From NCBI GenBank assembly GCA_030295235.1, contig AP026151.1, positions 62,001-126,000 of the forward strand: DNA of 64,000 bases. Direction: 5' to 3'. Both the position numbers and the translations under genes were made by a program. The notes beneath the pieces were generated by a model. It saw only the letters and a program-made list of their open reading frames with translations. It was not told where the DNA came from and did not search any database. Each line of letters begins with the position of its first letter. Within the stretch, counting starts at the first letter, position 1. Below, piece after piece: positions 48,078-60,785 of this stretch. The DNA comes from Fistulifera solaris (lineage: Eukaryota).

Positions 48078-49003
48078 CTTCGGCGTTTCCTTTATGTTTC
48101 GAACTTTCTTTTGACTGAATTGTTGGCTTTCACTTTGCGGACAAAGCGCGTCCAAATCTTACGACAAGTACTCCGTAGTTCAAATGAGTGTTTTCGAGCG
48201 CCAATGACATGGCCTCGATAATGAGGACGAGAAAATTCACATTTTTGGTTTTTCCGTTGCGCTGTCATCACGAATAGATAGAAAATTTTGTACAGAAAGT
48301 CTTCCGAAGAATAATGATCCGGCATTCCAACGGCTTTCAAATAGAGAGAAACAGCGTTAAATATTGAATTACATAAAGTGTCTAATTGCTAAGTACACCA
48401 AGGAAATTACTCTAAGAGAGTTCGTGGTAAATAATGACTCAAAGTGACCCACAAAGTGGAACATCGGGTCACATCGTAATAACACAGGTGTCCAATCAGA
48501 TGCAACGTTTGCCTTTTCGTGCACCTTTTGATTTTTGATTTCGCGAACGCAAAAACATAATGAGAGAATTCATTCGGTCGTCTTTTGTTATTCAAGTGAG
48601 TCGGGAGAGGATAATAATCGTTTGAAATTCTCTAATAAAGCATTTGTAGGTTTGATGTCTCCTAGATGCGCTGCTGGCGTGACTTTTGCTAACGGTAGAA
48701 TCATCAAGACATCGATCACTTGTTGCTGTTGCCCAAGCTGAAGCTAGCAAGGGCCGATCCATACAAAAGTGACAGCTTTACTAAAGCGCAAAGCTATGGG
48801 AAGCAAAGCAGATAAAGCCAATTGACCACAGCATGTCTTTTTTGTTTCCATTACCCAGATACGGACTCAGAAGCGCAGGTCCGTGGTGTAGATTAAAAAT
48901 GTACCTACATTGTGGAGATTGCAAAGTATATTTTAAACGGGCTTAATGATGCTGATTATGAGTTATACACAAGCCTCGTTGGCCAGACGCATAAAGTTGA
49001 CTA

Positions 49004-50593
49004 CTAACGGGCCAAACAAGCACCAAAGTTGCGTAGATTACATAGCAGTCGTGCAATTCTTCTGCTGCCGAACTCTGAACATGTGCAAGTTTGGGGCGCT
49101 TGACTCGTTAGCCCAGCCCAACTGGAAACAATGTCGAAATATTCGGGAGTCAGAACCGTGGCTCCATTGATTGTGCCTGATTGTGTTATCGGATTGTTAT
49201 GCGCTCCATTGTGGACGCCCAACACTATGTTGTCACTCGTCAAAGTTACGGCGCCACTCATCCCGGGTGTCGTGTCACTTTAGAGGTTTCATAGGAACGG
49301 CAGTTGTGCTTTAATGAGAAGCCAGAAATAATCAAAGCTGTTTGGTCGAACCACCACTCCTCACTTACCATGTGTGATAGATATACTTTGGCTTGGTGGA
49401 AAATGCTGCGATAAGAACGAGTCAAAGTCTGAGTAACTTGGAAAATGACCAAGTAATGATGAATACCCTCTCAAAACTTACGTGCAGTGGAACAGAGGCC
49501 TGTTGTGATCATCTTATGTTTCATATCGTATGGGTATCCTGTGATGGTCATGGTCGAGAATCGCGCATCGGTGACGTTTGCATTATCTTCCCCTACACGG
49601 TCAATGGACAAGTATCCGACAAAATCCCCAGGATAGACCGAAAAAATACCCAGAAAACGTCTCCTTCGCTTCTTGAACGTAACCACTCCCATGTCATAAA
49701 TTTCATCGCCTGATTCCTCATATCCCTTAAAGTAATTTGTGTAGTCGACGTCCCAAGTCCCAAAGGGTTCCGTGGTGTTATCACTCTGCTCAGGATTATA
49801 ATAACGACCTGGTGCGAACCGAATAACGTCATAAGGCTTTTTGGCCGCTCTATCGTAAAGGCAATGCGCCGCGGTGATACCAGAGGTCGGACTAATCATG
49901 GTAATCGTGCACCCAGATTCCGAGAAATCGAAATCTAAGCCTCCCATGGTCCGATAGGGAAAGATCGTCGAGTCCGGAACCATCGTCCTCGTGTCTTCTC
50001 CAACCACCACTAATTTTCGCTTGCGAAGACCCGGTTGATTCTCCGCAATACGGCCCTCGTAAGAAGGCGTGGGGCCCTGGATTTTGGCAAATGACTTGAC
50101 TTGGGAAATGAATTTGTATCCCTCACTGGTGACGCGTACGGTATCGAATCCATCCGGCGATAGAGACGATGAAAAGACATTCGAGTTGTGTACGAAATCG
50201 CGAATTGGATTTCTTGAAAAATCGATCTCTTTTGTGACGAATCGGAAACTTTCTTTCGCAAATCGACTCATAATTTCTCGCGTAATTACTTCGGTTTGAC
50301 CCGTAAGGTCCATCTGCTCAACGCGGTCTCCTTCACCCCCACAAGAGCCCGCAGTAAATTTGATGCCCTACACGAACGCGTTAGTACTCGCACGGAAGAA
50401 GCCATGTAACGGCAATGACACTTACTTGACAAAGCGCGAGACATCCGTTGGCGTAACTGATTCCATCGGCTCCGCAAACAGGTTGCCCCATGACGGTTGG
50501 ATCGAGACTGCAACCCGCATCGCAATTGTATTGTGCCGCTGCACGAGCGATCGCAAGGAGGAGAAGAAGTAAAGCGTTCCACATGTTGCGCAT
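49004..50593 (-). CDS. Kazal + glutamyl-endopeptidase-like S1 serine protease, copy C
   Basis: Introns 50368-50425, 49406-49481, 49278-49368 (37-nt exon between the last two). RKL-VVVGEDTR; TAAHC, DMGV, CDTTPGMSGA. Confidence 0.88.
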
Positions 50594-51298
50594 TCGATTG
50601 GAAGATCTTGGCTTTCGAAAACGCAAACGCCTTTTGGAAATGACAGCACCTTCCGATGCAACGCTGAAGAACATTTCCAACTGAAGTCATTCGGCGGGGC
50701 GGGCTCGGAGCAATTCCGAGGGCTTTATACAAAACACGTCTAAAAAAATTCGTGTGGTCTTGTCTGTACTTGACCTTGTTATCTAAAAAGTCCGCAAAGA
50801 CACTAAACCATTTTTGGCAAGATCCGTAAGTACTAAGTACCTAAAATTATAGTAAATATAAAACGCGCTAACCGACCATTTCCCTTTAATAAAATGATCA
50901 ACGGCTGCAAAGTATCGAGCGGGGAGAGAGAAGCTTTTTTTCGCTATGACCTCATTTCATTTTTTTTCTGTTTTCAAACTGGAAACTAAAACCTCGTTCT
51001 ACTCCTCCGAAATCCATGTTCCGAGAAAAAAAATAGCCGTTACTTGGATCGATCATCATTCGAGCTTCGAACGCGTGCTTTGTATGTGCAATATGTGATG
51101 ACGGAGGAAAGGTTTGTTTGTCTCATGTGAAGAGGCGTGCAAAGGAGCCATTTGAAATCGACGATGTAAAACCAAAGATACGCTAAAGTTTTGAAGGTCT
51201 TTATTAAACGTGTACTTGTTAATTGGAAAACAAAAACAATGATGACGTTACTATAACACTCTCTACAATCGCGGATGTGAGACACACACACTAGCTAT

Positions 51299-51927
51299 GC
51301 CCACAATTTTCTGGACACGTGAAAAAAGCACCTCCCCACATTTTCTGGACACGTGAAAAAGCACCTCCCCACATTTTCTGGACACGTGAAAAAAGCACTT
51401 GCCCACATTTTCTGGAGAAGTGAAAAAAGCACATCCCCACATTTTCTGGACACGTGAAAAATCATTTCCCCACATTTTCTAGACACGTGAAAAAGCGCAT
51501 CTCCACATTTTTTGGCCACGTCAAACATGTACTTGCCCACATTTTCTGGAAAGTCAACAATGCACATGCCCACCTTTTTCTGGAGACGTGAAAAAAGCAC
51601 ATGCCCACATTTTCTGGACTCGTGAAAAACACATTCCCACATTTTCTGGAGAAGTGAAAAAGCACTTGCCCACATTTCCTGGACACGTGAAAATAACGCT
51701 TCCCCACATTTTCTGGAGACGTGAAAAAACACATCCCCACATTTTCTGGACACGTGAAAAACACCTCCCCACATTTTCTGGAAACGTGAAAACAACCCAC
51801 CCCCACATTTTCTAAAAGTGAAAAAAAACGCTCGCCCACATTTCCTGGACAAGTGAAAGTAACGCTTGCCCATATTTTCTGGATACGTGAAATAACCCTC
51901 GCCCACATTTTCTGGAGACGTGAAAAT
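51299..51927. repeat. Minisatellite, ~19 copies of ~32-34 bp (cccacattttctggacacgtgaaaaaagcac)
   Basis: Direct inspection; the short ORFs called here in several frames are repeat artefacts. Confidence 0.95.
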
Positions 51928-52165
51928 AAAACATTGTTAAGAATAGTCCTTTTCGTAAATTTTTTAGAAAAAAGTGTCTAATTCTGCTTCAAACGCTAGA
52001 GTAGAAGGTCGTTAGGTGCATATTGCAAATACGCTTTCTAGTTTTGATAGATGTTTTGGTGAATTAACGCGCGAATATCTCATGTGAGTCTAGTGTACTT
52101 GTACAGTTGCCACTTGAGGCTAGAGCTTCGAAGGGCATGATATGCAGCAAGATTTAGCGGATTTA

Positions 52166-53792
52166 TCAAATTCGGTTCGCGCTTTCCAGTGCCAGCCGCA
52201 AACAACCTCGAAAGTTTATAAACCAACAAATTGCTCGCTGTGACGGATTGGTTTGTGATGAACAGGGACACGCGTTTGATGCTGAGCATACGAATGCCCG
52301 TTGGTCTGCTAGTCCTGCCCAAGTATATACGGAATCAAAGAGTTGGTCCTTTAGAACAGCACCTCCATTGCGACTGGATACCCAATTTCCATGAGCATGG
52401 ACACCGACAGCAACATTGTTCGGGAGTAAGAAGCTACTTCCGCTCATCCCCGCAACCGTATCGCAAAAATGCCAAATATAGTGTGAACCGCCTGACAATG
52501 CTATCATATAATATGAAAGGATGAGCGTCATATATTCCGACATTATCTCGCATCTTGTCGCTAGCTTCCCACTTACCTTCGCGAGAACACGCGTTAGAGG
52601 TGACCATCTTTCCAAAATAGTCGTTCGGATAGCCAGTAACAGTGAGAGAGGCCAAGCGCGGATCATTCACGGCAGAACTTGTTCCTAAGACTCGATCGAT
52701 TCCAACAAATCCAACGACGTCGCCCGGCTTTTACCAGGAAGACAGAGCCAAATTGAGGCGACAGCACTTCATTGAATTGCGAAAGCACAGAGATATACTT
52801 ACGTAGACGTTGGAGCAACCGAGATCGGGGCGATTGGATGGCTTAAACGTGACGACAGCCATGTCAAACTGTTCGTCTTTTTCTTTGTAATTCTGGAATG
52901 TTGTCGTATAATCCACATCCCACGTTCCATAAGGATCTATCATACTACCAGTCGAAGCATCCACGTATCGTCCTGGAGCCACCTTCATCATCGGAAGCGG
53001 CTCGTTGGTGCTCGTTCGCCAAACACAATGACCGGCTGTTAACGCTGAAGTCCGAGAAATCATTGTAACTGTGCAGATGCTGGTCCCTTTGGTATAATTA
53101 TAGTCCGCGGAACCGATGGCACGAAAGGGAAAAGCGGTCGTATCTGGAACAATGCTACGAGTGTCTGTTCCGATGACAATTAAATTTCGATCACGAAGAA
53201 GCTTTCGGTCAACTTGACCAGCAAGACCCTCGTTCGCAGCACTGGAACCTGGAGTACCAGTTGATTGTGTGGATTCCAACGGAGCCATGAACTCGTAACC
53301 TTCGCTAGTAATACGCAAAAAGTGGGAACGAAGAGGGACGCCGAGACGATCCACCAAGTCGGATTCTACGACATCTTCGTAATCATCGAGCTGTGTAGCA
53401 AATTTGACTCGCTTTGTCACAAAACGAAAGCTCTCGTGCGCGAACCGATTCATCACATCCATTGTTATCACATCAGCACTTCCTGGAAAATCAAACCCAG
53501 ATAATCGGCTTTCATTCATTCCGTCACATGACCCGTAATTGAATTTAGTGACGCCCTGTACAACAGTCAGATCAACCAGTCGTTAGTCTCTTTGTCTGCT
53601 GCATCATGCAATGCAACACTTTTGTGCACTTACTTGACACCACGCCACACACGCATTTTGATAAGTAAAGCCCTCGTCGTCGCATACCGATGGACCCATT
53701 ATGCTTCCATCGAGAGAACATCCTACGTTACAATCATACTGCGACGCCACGCAGGTAAAGGACGACAGAATTAACACTAGTGTCTTTCGCAT
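52166..53792 (-). CDS. Kazal + glutamyl-endopeptidase-like S1 serine protease, copy D
   Basis: Introns 53556-53633, 52728-52802, 52501-52576. RNL-IVIGTDTR; TAGHC, DMAV, CDTVAGMSGS. Confidence 0.9.
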
Positions 53793-55002
53793 TTGTCTCT
53801 TCAGGATTTTTGAACGTTAAATGAAATCAATATAGACACAAAGTTGTTTCACCGATCGGCGGATGATAATGACGGCATTGTTGCGTACTGGTAGGGAATA
53901 AAGGTCTTTGCTTCCGCTTTTGAGACGTCGGCGCGGGCCGAAAATTTCTATTTATTGGTGACACGTCTTAAATACCCAAAATTACGAAATACAAAAGTGT
54001 TGAGTTATTTCGTTCGCGGTTCATCAACTTGTTTCCCAATTAAATTGTTCTGTGAAAATTGTGGACAGTATACTTTTTATTGTAGTCAATGTCCTTATTT
54101 ACTTTATTTATCTTTGTCGTCCGTCGTCCTGTCGTCCATCATCCATCATCCGTCATCCGTCATCCGCATTGAACATGGAGGATGGAGGGAGAATTTGACG
54201 TGCACCTTCCAATCCCAACGGAAATCTATCGGATGTCGTTCTAGAGCGGAGAACGAATGAAAGTCCACCATCATTGGTGGAGAAATTTTCAGGAACTGCA
54301 ATCCACTAGGGTGGCGTCCGTCATCAATCAGACAGCAAACATTTGAAAGACGAGAACGTTGCTTGCCGATTACAACGTCTAGATCGGCAAATGCACTTCT
54401 CTCGTGGCGAACTGCGCATTTTCCGATGATGACGGCAATAACAACAGAATCTAATCTCTAGAGAATCATAGACAAAAAGTCGAGTTCCACCTTCCTTGGG
54501 ATCGCATTTACCTCTCTGTGAGCCTTTATGAGAAAAATATTTCGTGAGAGGGAGAATCGAATCAAGTTTATTGGACGAACACACCAATGATAGTCGAAAG
54601 GTCTTTTCGCAAATTTAAGGAGAACAAAAGATACAGCTAAAATGATGTTGGTGGACCTTCACTTGTGTTTTTCTTCTTAAACATAAGGTATCACTTGCGA
54701 AGATGATGGCAACGAGGGCGACAACCATCGAGCATTCATAAAAGGTGCAGAAAATGCCCTTCAACGCAGTGGAAGTCGATGTAACAATTGAAATCAGTTG
54801 CTGTTATCTAAAATGTGCAAGTAGGTAAATGCTACTGAGAAGAGTTTAGGCTTTCCAGTTTAACTTTTTTTGATTGCGATGCGAGGTGGTAGGCATCTCT
54901 CGGGTAAGCTACTGGTCAATAGATATCCATGAAGTGAAAACACTTACCAGTATCGTTTGTGCGATAAAACGACACAAAAGTATCTTAGTTCGCAGATTAT
55001 TT

Positions 55003-57189
55003 TTACATCAGTCGTCTCTTCTTGCCACCTTTCCCACTTGAGCTTTTCTTGGAGCTACTACTATACTTTTTCTGTTTCTTCTTTTTGCCGCCCTTGCCTT
55101 TACCGGAATACGGTTGTGATACCGGAGCTGCGACTGGATTTGTCGGATTCCTGACAGGTTGGGTCGGAAGAATATCCGCAGTCGGCCCAACAAAAGTGGG
55201 TGATGTCACGGGGCTGCCGACGGGCAATGCTTGAGGCACTGTTGCAGGCGGCACAACGGGTCTCGGAACGGGGATGATCTCAGGCACGGGAGCAGGTAGA
55301 GCAACGGGAATGGCGACGGGCGCCGCCTGAGGCACTGGTGCGGGAGGCACAACGGGTCTGGGAACGGGCACGATCTCTGACACAGGAGGAGGAAGCAGAA
55401 CCGGGCTAGGAACGGGCACGATCTGAGGAACCGGAGCCGGGAGCACAATGGGGCTGATGACTTTCACTGGCTGGGCCACTGGAGCGGGCTGTGGCGCTGC
55501 GACTGGTAGAACGATAGGGCTGATGACTTTCACTGGCTGAGACACTGGAGCGGGTTCTGTTTCACGTGTTGGACCAGTAACCTGCGAAGGGGTTGGCGCC
55601 TGCAGAACAATTGGAGACAGTCCTGGTGAAGGTTGTCTTTGCGGAGCTGATACAGGTTTTTTGAACCGGAGGGGCAACTGGTTGTACAACCGGTGATAAT
55701 ACCTCAGTTCGAGAACACAAGCTTTGACCTTTCCCATGTCCAGCCCATTCATAGATAGATGCATACAAGCGAGTCGTCATCATCACAGCCCCATTCATGC
55801 TTGTTGTTGCGGTCTGAACTCCATGGGTATGAACTCCTAAAGCGATGTTTCCCTCCACGATGACACTAGATCCGGAATTTCCTCCGACGGTGTCACAGTA
55901 GTGATTTATATAGTTAGCCCTGCGACTTTCAGGAGCTAGAATGGAAATCGGAGGGTGTTTTTGTGAGTTTGTGGCGACAAGGAATAATTATAGTACATAG
56001 AGTTAGCGTTATTCGACTTACCTCGATCGCACGGACCGGAGGTCGCCATTTGTCGATTATAGTCGTACGGATAGCCGGTGATCACCATCGTGTTCAAGCG
56101 GCTATCCACAACTCGTCCATCCACTTCAGCCGGACGATCAAGTCCGATATGGCCTAAAGCGTCTCCGGGCTAAGATAGAAAGAGAGTCTGAGTGAGAGAG
56201 TGGTTTTGGACGTCCTTTGATAATCCAGAGGTACTTACGTATAGCTCCTTACAGGTAGAAAGATTGTTGCGGATACGTGGTTTATAGGTCACAACCGCAA
56301 TGTCGAAATTAGTTTGTCCAAGCTGCTGAAAGTTCCCAAACAACGAAACGTAATCCACTTCCCACGTTCCAAAGGGTTCCGCCGTCCCGTCTCTCTTTGT
56401 TGCATCACGAAATCTTGCCGGAGCAATCGCAGTCATATTCATAGGCCCCTTCCTGTTCGTATTCCAGACACAATGTCCTGCCGTCAGTGCCGAGGTTCGG
56501 CTGATGAGCGTTAGAGTACAGCCTCCTTCTCCCCACCAATAATCAGCATTAGCTATAGTACGGAACGGGTAACGAGTTGTATCCGCAACGGGAACTCTCG
56601 AGTCTTGTCCGATCAAGACCAACTCTCTACGAGTCGCATTGCCCTCGCCGTCGTCATCCAGTCCGTTTTCGCCTAAAAGCCCTAGTTGCGGCGCTACTGG
56701 CTGGAGGAGCGACTCCTCTTCAAACATCAATGTCGTTCGATACTCGTATCCTTCGGGCGTGAATCGATAATTGGGAATAAACTGGTCATCCATTTCCTCC
56801 AGGAAACCATCGTCCGTTTCATTGATCATTTGCTCCTCGAGCAGGTAGCGGATATCTTCTTCGAAATTAGTCGATGGTAGACGCTTTCCAACGAAACGAT
56901 AATCCGAAAAACGTGTCATGGTACTCATGGGAATAACTTGCGGATCCGACGAGACGAAGGACTCTTGGAAAGGATCTTCTCCTTCGCAGACACCCAAACT
57001 AGCAACGGTAATGTTTTGACATACCGCCAAACATTCGTTTAGATACGTGAGATTGTCATCTCCACACACTGGAGGTCCCATAAGGCTAGCATCCAAGCTG
57101 CAGCCGACGTTGCAATCATATGTTGTCTGTGACGCAACGATCGAAAGAACAGAGGCCAACGCCACGAGATGTAGGAGAGCTTCTTTCAT
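55003..57189 (-). CDS. Kazal + glutamyl-endopeptidase-like protease, copy E, with Pro/Val-rich stalk and Lys/Ser/Gly tail
   Basis: ATG 57189; introns 56170-56238 and 55936-56021. REL-VLIGQDSR; TAGHC, DIAV, CDTVGGNSGS. An A-run frameshift at ~55657-55662 enters ORF 55003-55764. Confidence 0.85.
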
Positions 57190-57672
57190 GATGCTCTTCA
57201 CTGGAATTCTGATTGTTCTTTTGCGTCTTTGCTTTTCTTGATGGTTGCTTTGGTTTATGTCTGTATTGTTGGAAATTGCTGACACTTCTTTCGAACGATC
57301 GGAGAAAGCATTTTCGAAAATGTGGACTTGAAATCTTTCTTTCGCACCGCCTAACGCTCCAAATTCTCGCCTCCATAAATGTGTATCCTATCAATTCAGT
57401 ACAAGTTAATCAGCATTTAGGAGATTTCCTTCAACCGCGAATATTCTTTTACGCAGTTAGCGATAAGCGTCTTCCGTTGTGTACCGCATGAGACATTTGT
57501 CTGTCCGTTGGCTCGATGGGAGGGTGAAAAAGCTCCGCCAAGGCGCCAAGGCTCGTCCGCCGTCGCGCGTGTGCACGAAAAGAACAACAACAACAACACG
57601 CAGCGACGAAAGGGCAACAATCCTTGGCAATCGTCCCATTCTTTAATTCTTCTTTCTATTATCGAGACTATA

Positions 57673-59138
57673 ATGCCTTTAAAAATCTTTCTGTCGATCT
57701 ATAGGCATTCAATTGTACTGCTTGTCTTCTTTCTGGCGCTCTCCAGCAGTCAATCTTCATCTTCTTATGACTGTGAAAACGAGGGATGCCCATGGACTGT
57801 TGCTCCTCCTGTTTGCGGTGTGAACGGCGTAACCTATGCAAATGAGTGTTTAGCTTTTGCCAAGTGAGTAGTTCCGCTTCCTTCACTAAGCCTGTCATGA
57901 TGCTCTTGCTGTATCGTGTGGAGGATGCTTTGTCATCGAAACAAGGATTTGCAGTTTTTTCTTTCTCTGCCCGTACTTAATCTTACTTCTTTTCCTCGCA
58001 GAATATACCAATTGCTTCCATCGGCCCTTGTTCCGGCGATGGCGATATTGCTTCTATTCCTTATGACGATGGCACGAATGCGACTATATCAATCATGCAG
58101 CGGTTTCGTAACGAGAATTTTATGCTGACAGGAAGAAGGAATCTAGATGATCTCGCACTTCCAGAAAACAATCCAACGTTTCATTTAGAGGAGCGAAAAG
58201 ACGATTCGATTCTCGAACAACAACCCTTGTTGTGGAGTCGTTTTACGTCAGATGGTTATGTCTATACGGCGGTTGTGACAGACGAGGATAACAGACGATT
58301 CTTACAAGAGTTGCAAAACATTTACGAGTCACGTAGCAATCGCTCCTTGATTGTCATAGGTCCTGACACACGAAAGGTTGTCACCGACAACCAGGATCGC
58401 TTGCCTTACTCTCCCATTGTTGAACTAGACTACGGGTTTGGGAATTCAGAGGGTGGATGTACTGGGACATTAATTGGGAAAAGTTCGGTTCTCACGGCGG
58501 CCCATTGTTTGTACAATTTCGTGGAGAAACAATTCACTAATCCCTTACGCATGGCTCCTGGTCGGTATCGTCAAGGAACCAATACAATTGAGCCTCACGG
58601 ACTCTTCGGCTTTCGCTATTCGACCTTTTTCACTACGTATCAATCGACAGGAGACGCACGCTACGATATGGGCGTCGCTACGTACAATGCAAACAGCCAA
58701 GGCAAATTTCCAGGTCAACTCGCAGGTACGCTTTGCTTGGCAGAAGCCGCGACACAAAAGCTTACGGCAGAAACTATTTTAGCTGGCTATCCGATGGATT
58801 TTCTTGACGGAAATCTAGCGGAATCTCGGGGTTGCAAGTGGAGTCTTGAGACTGGGATCATTTCACATGACTGTGATACAACAGGTGGACAATCCGGGGC
58901 CCCTATCGTCTCCTCGATGTCCGAAATGCTGGGAATTCACATCGGATATAATCCCAATACTTTTATCAACATTGCGCTCGGTTGGAACAATGCTACTTAC
59001 AGTTCGGTGTATGCATGGGCTCCCGATGCCAGGAGTTGTCCGGATCGAAGATTTTGTAGCAACTGCCCTGCCCTCGAGGGTCCTTTGAGGCGTACACTGT
59101 GTTCTCTGGTGTGCCTCTTGTTCGGTAATGCGGAATGA
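57673..59138 (+). CDS. Kazal + glutamyl-endopeptidase-like S1 serine protease, copy F (most divergent)
   Basis: Kazal exon needs one extra T at 57855-57858 to read AFCQ; intron 57864-58001. RSL-IVIGPDTR; CTGTLIG..VLTAAHC, DMGV, CDTTGGQSGAP. Confidence 0.88.
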
Positions 59139-59323
59139 TACTTCGAGTATGCTGTTGCATTCTTAACAACCTTGGATGAAGGAAATCAACGCACACCAGT
59201 AGAGAAACGCCGAATCAGTGGTCGTTTTATCGCGTGTTGAAGACTTTATTGATTACGCTAAACGCATCCTAGTGTTTAATCTCAAGAGAGATGATGGTGC
59301 AATAGATGGTTCACTGGAGCTGA

Positions 59324-60097
59324 TCATGCCAAGTCGTCACGATCTTTTCGCGTATCCTTTGGCTGAATCTTTTCGAGTAACTTGCTACAAAATTTCCAGG
59401 CTTGAACTGAGGCTGTTTGTAAGGAACCCACGGCTCGTTGTAGTTGCTGCTGCTGTCGGAGAGACTGGTCGTGTGAATAAAGCAATTGACGCAACGTATG
59501 TTGAAGTCGTTGCATCTCATGCTGCAGCATCATAACATGATTGTCTTGACGGTGCAACCGATCGTGTAGCAAGGCGATTTGGCTTTCCTGAGTATGATGA
59601 AGTTGAAGATATAGTTCGCGAAGCTGTGACTGAATGAGCTCCATTGCTTGAGCTTGACTTGCAGATGCAGCGTTGTTCAACGGCGCGAATCGATTCCCGG
59701 ACTCGTCGTGGCCCTGAGACCCATAGAATGGTTCAGCGATCCCTGTGCACATGCGACTTTGGTTTGAGATACTCTGGGACGGCACAGCGTATCTATGATG
59801 CGTGAACCTTTGCTGCAGTGGAATCGGACTGACAGTCACTTCTTCTTCAAGTTTGCTTTTGGGTGCATCAATACTTGCCGCGGAGTCTTTGTTCTTTGAT
59901 TCGCGGTTGACAATCTTTGCGCGGGAACGTTTGCCGGCTATCGCCGTTGCCCCTTGCGGCTCCTCATCGGATGATTCCAAGAGGTAAATTGTCGCTTTGC
60001 GCTTTCGTTGATTGTTCTCCGTCTCGTTCGCCTTTTTCTGCTCGGAAATGAAATCCAGATCTTTCTTGTTGTCAGCAATGCTGCGTGAAGTATTCAT
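59324..60097 (-). CDS. Hypothetical protein with basic (NLS-like) patches and a Gln-rich coiled coil
   Basis: 257-aa ATG ORF; QRKRK and GKRSR motifs; Q/L heptads in the C-terminal third. Confidence 0.55.
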   Translation of the reverse strand: MNTSRSIADNKKDLDFISEQKKANETENNQRKRKATIYLLESSDEEPQGATAIAGKRSRAKIVNRESKNKDSAASIDAPKSKLEEEVTVSPIPLQQRFTHHRYAVPSQSISNQSRMCTGIAEPFYGSQGHDESGNRFAPLNNAASASQAQAMELIQSQLRELYLQLHHTQESQIALLHDRLHRQDNHVMMLQHEMQRLQHTLRQLLYSHDQSLRQQQQLQRAVGSLQTASVQAWKFCSKLLEKIQPKDTRKDRDDLA

Positions 60098-60785
60098 GAT
60101 CGGCTTGTGCGGGTTTAATCAAATGACAGTGAGGAGATGTTATGCTGCAAACAAAAACTATTACGTAGCAACAAAAGTGAGGGAAAGGACACATGAGAAG
60201 CCCCCTGCAAGAATACACCGGATCGTATCATTCTTTTTTGCGCACGGAGGATTCTTCGACGCGATGTTGCAGAGAGGGTGATTGATTCGCCGAGTGTCAC
60301 GCAATCCCGCACGTATCAACATACCTGGACGTTTCGTCTCTTATTTCCTTTTCCTCTGTTTTGAAAAGGTATGTTAATATGAGTAACGGCGATATGGAAT
60401 GCAACAAACTTTTGTCGAGCGATCGTAGCGAACGAATAAAGATGACAATGAAAGAAGAAGGCGATCGAACTGATTGCGTACCAGGTATCCCGTTGACATG
60501 CATGCGTGTATGAACAAACTCGGTGCGACGATGATCTCGTTCCGTTATATCGGTTACCAGTACCATGCGCGACACACAAAGGTACTACGCACGCAAAAGA
60601 GCAACTAGAGAGGTCTCTAGAGTATGTAAACGCAAATGCTAGGCGTCATTGGGGAATAATTCGTTAAAAATTCTACTGTTTAATCTCTACAGAGGGACAG
60701 CGCGATGGACGATTAGGCCTATAATGCCTTCTCTTTCTCTGTGTCAAAGAGGCTTGCAGAAGGGAAAAATGATTTGTACCTGGTA

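Noticed and set aside
51299..51927. CRISPR-like periodicity of the ~33-bp repeat (also the 64-bp repeat at 61262-61579)
   Set aside because: Units are directly contiguous with no unique spacers, there are no cas genes, and the context is eukaryotic.
29..57860. Programmed ribosomal frameshifting as in Euplotes
   Set aside because: There is no common shift motif or direction; A, T and C runs are all involved, which fits sequencing error.
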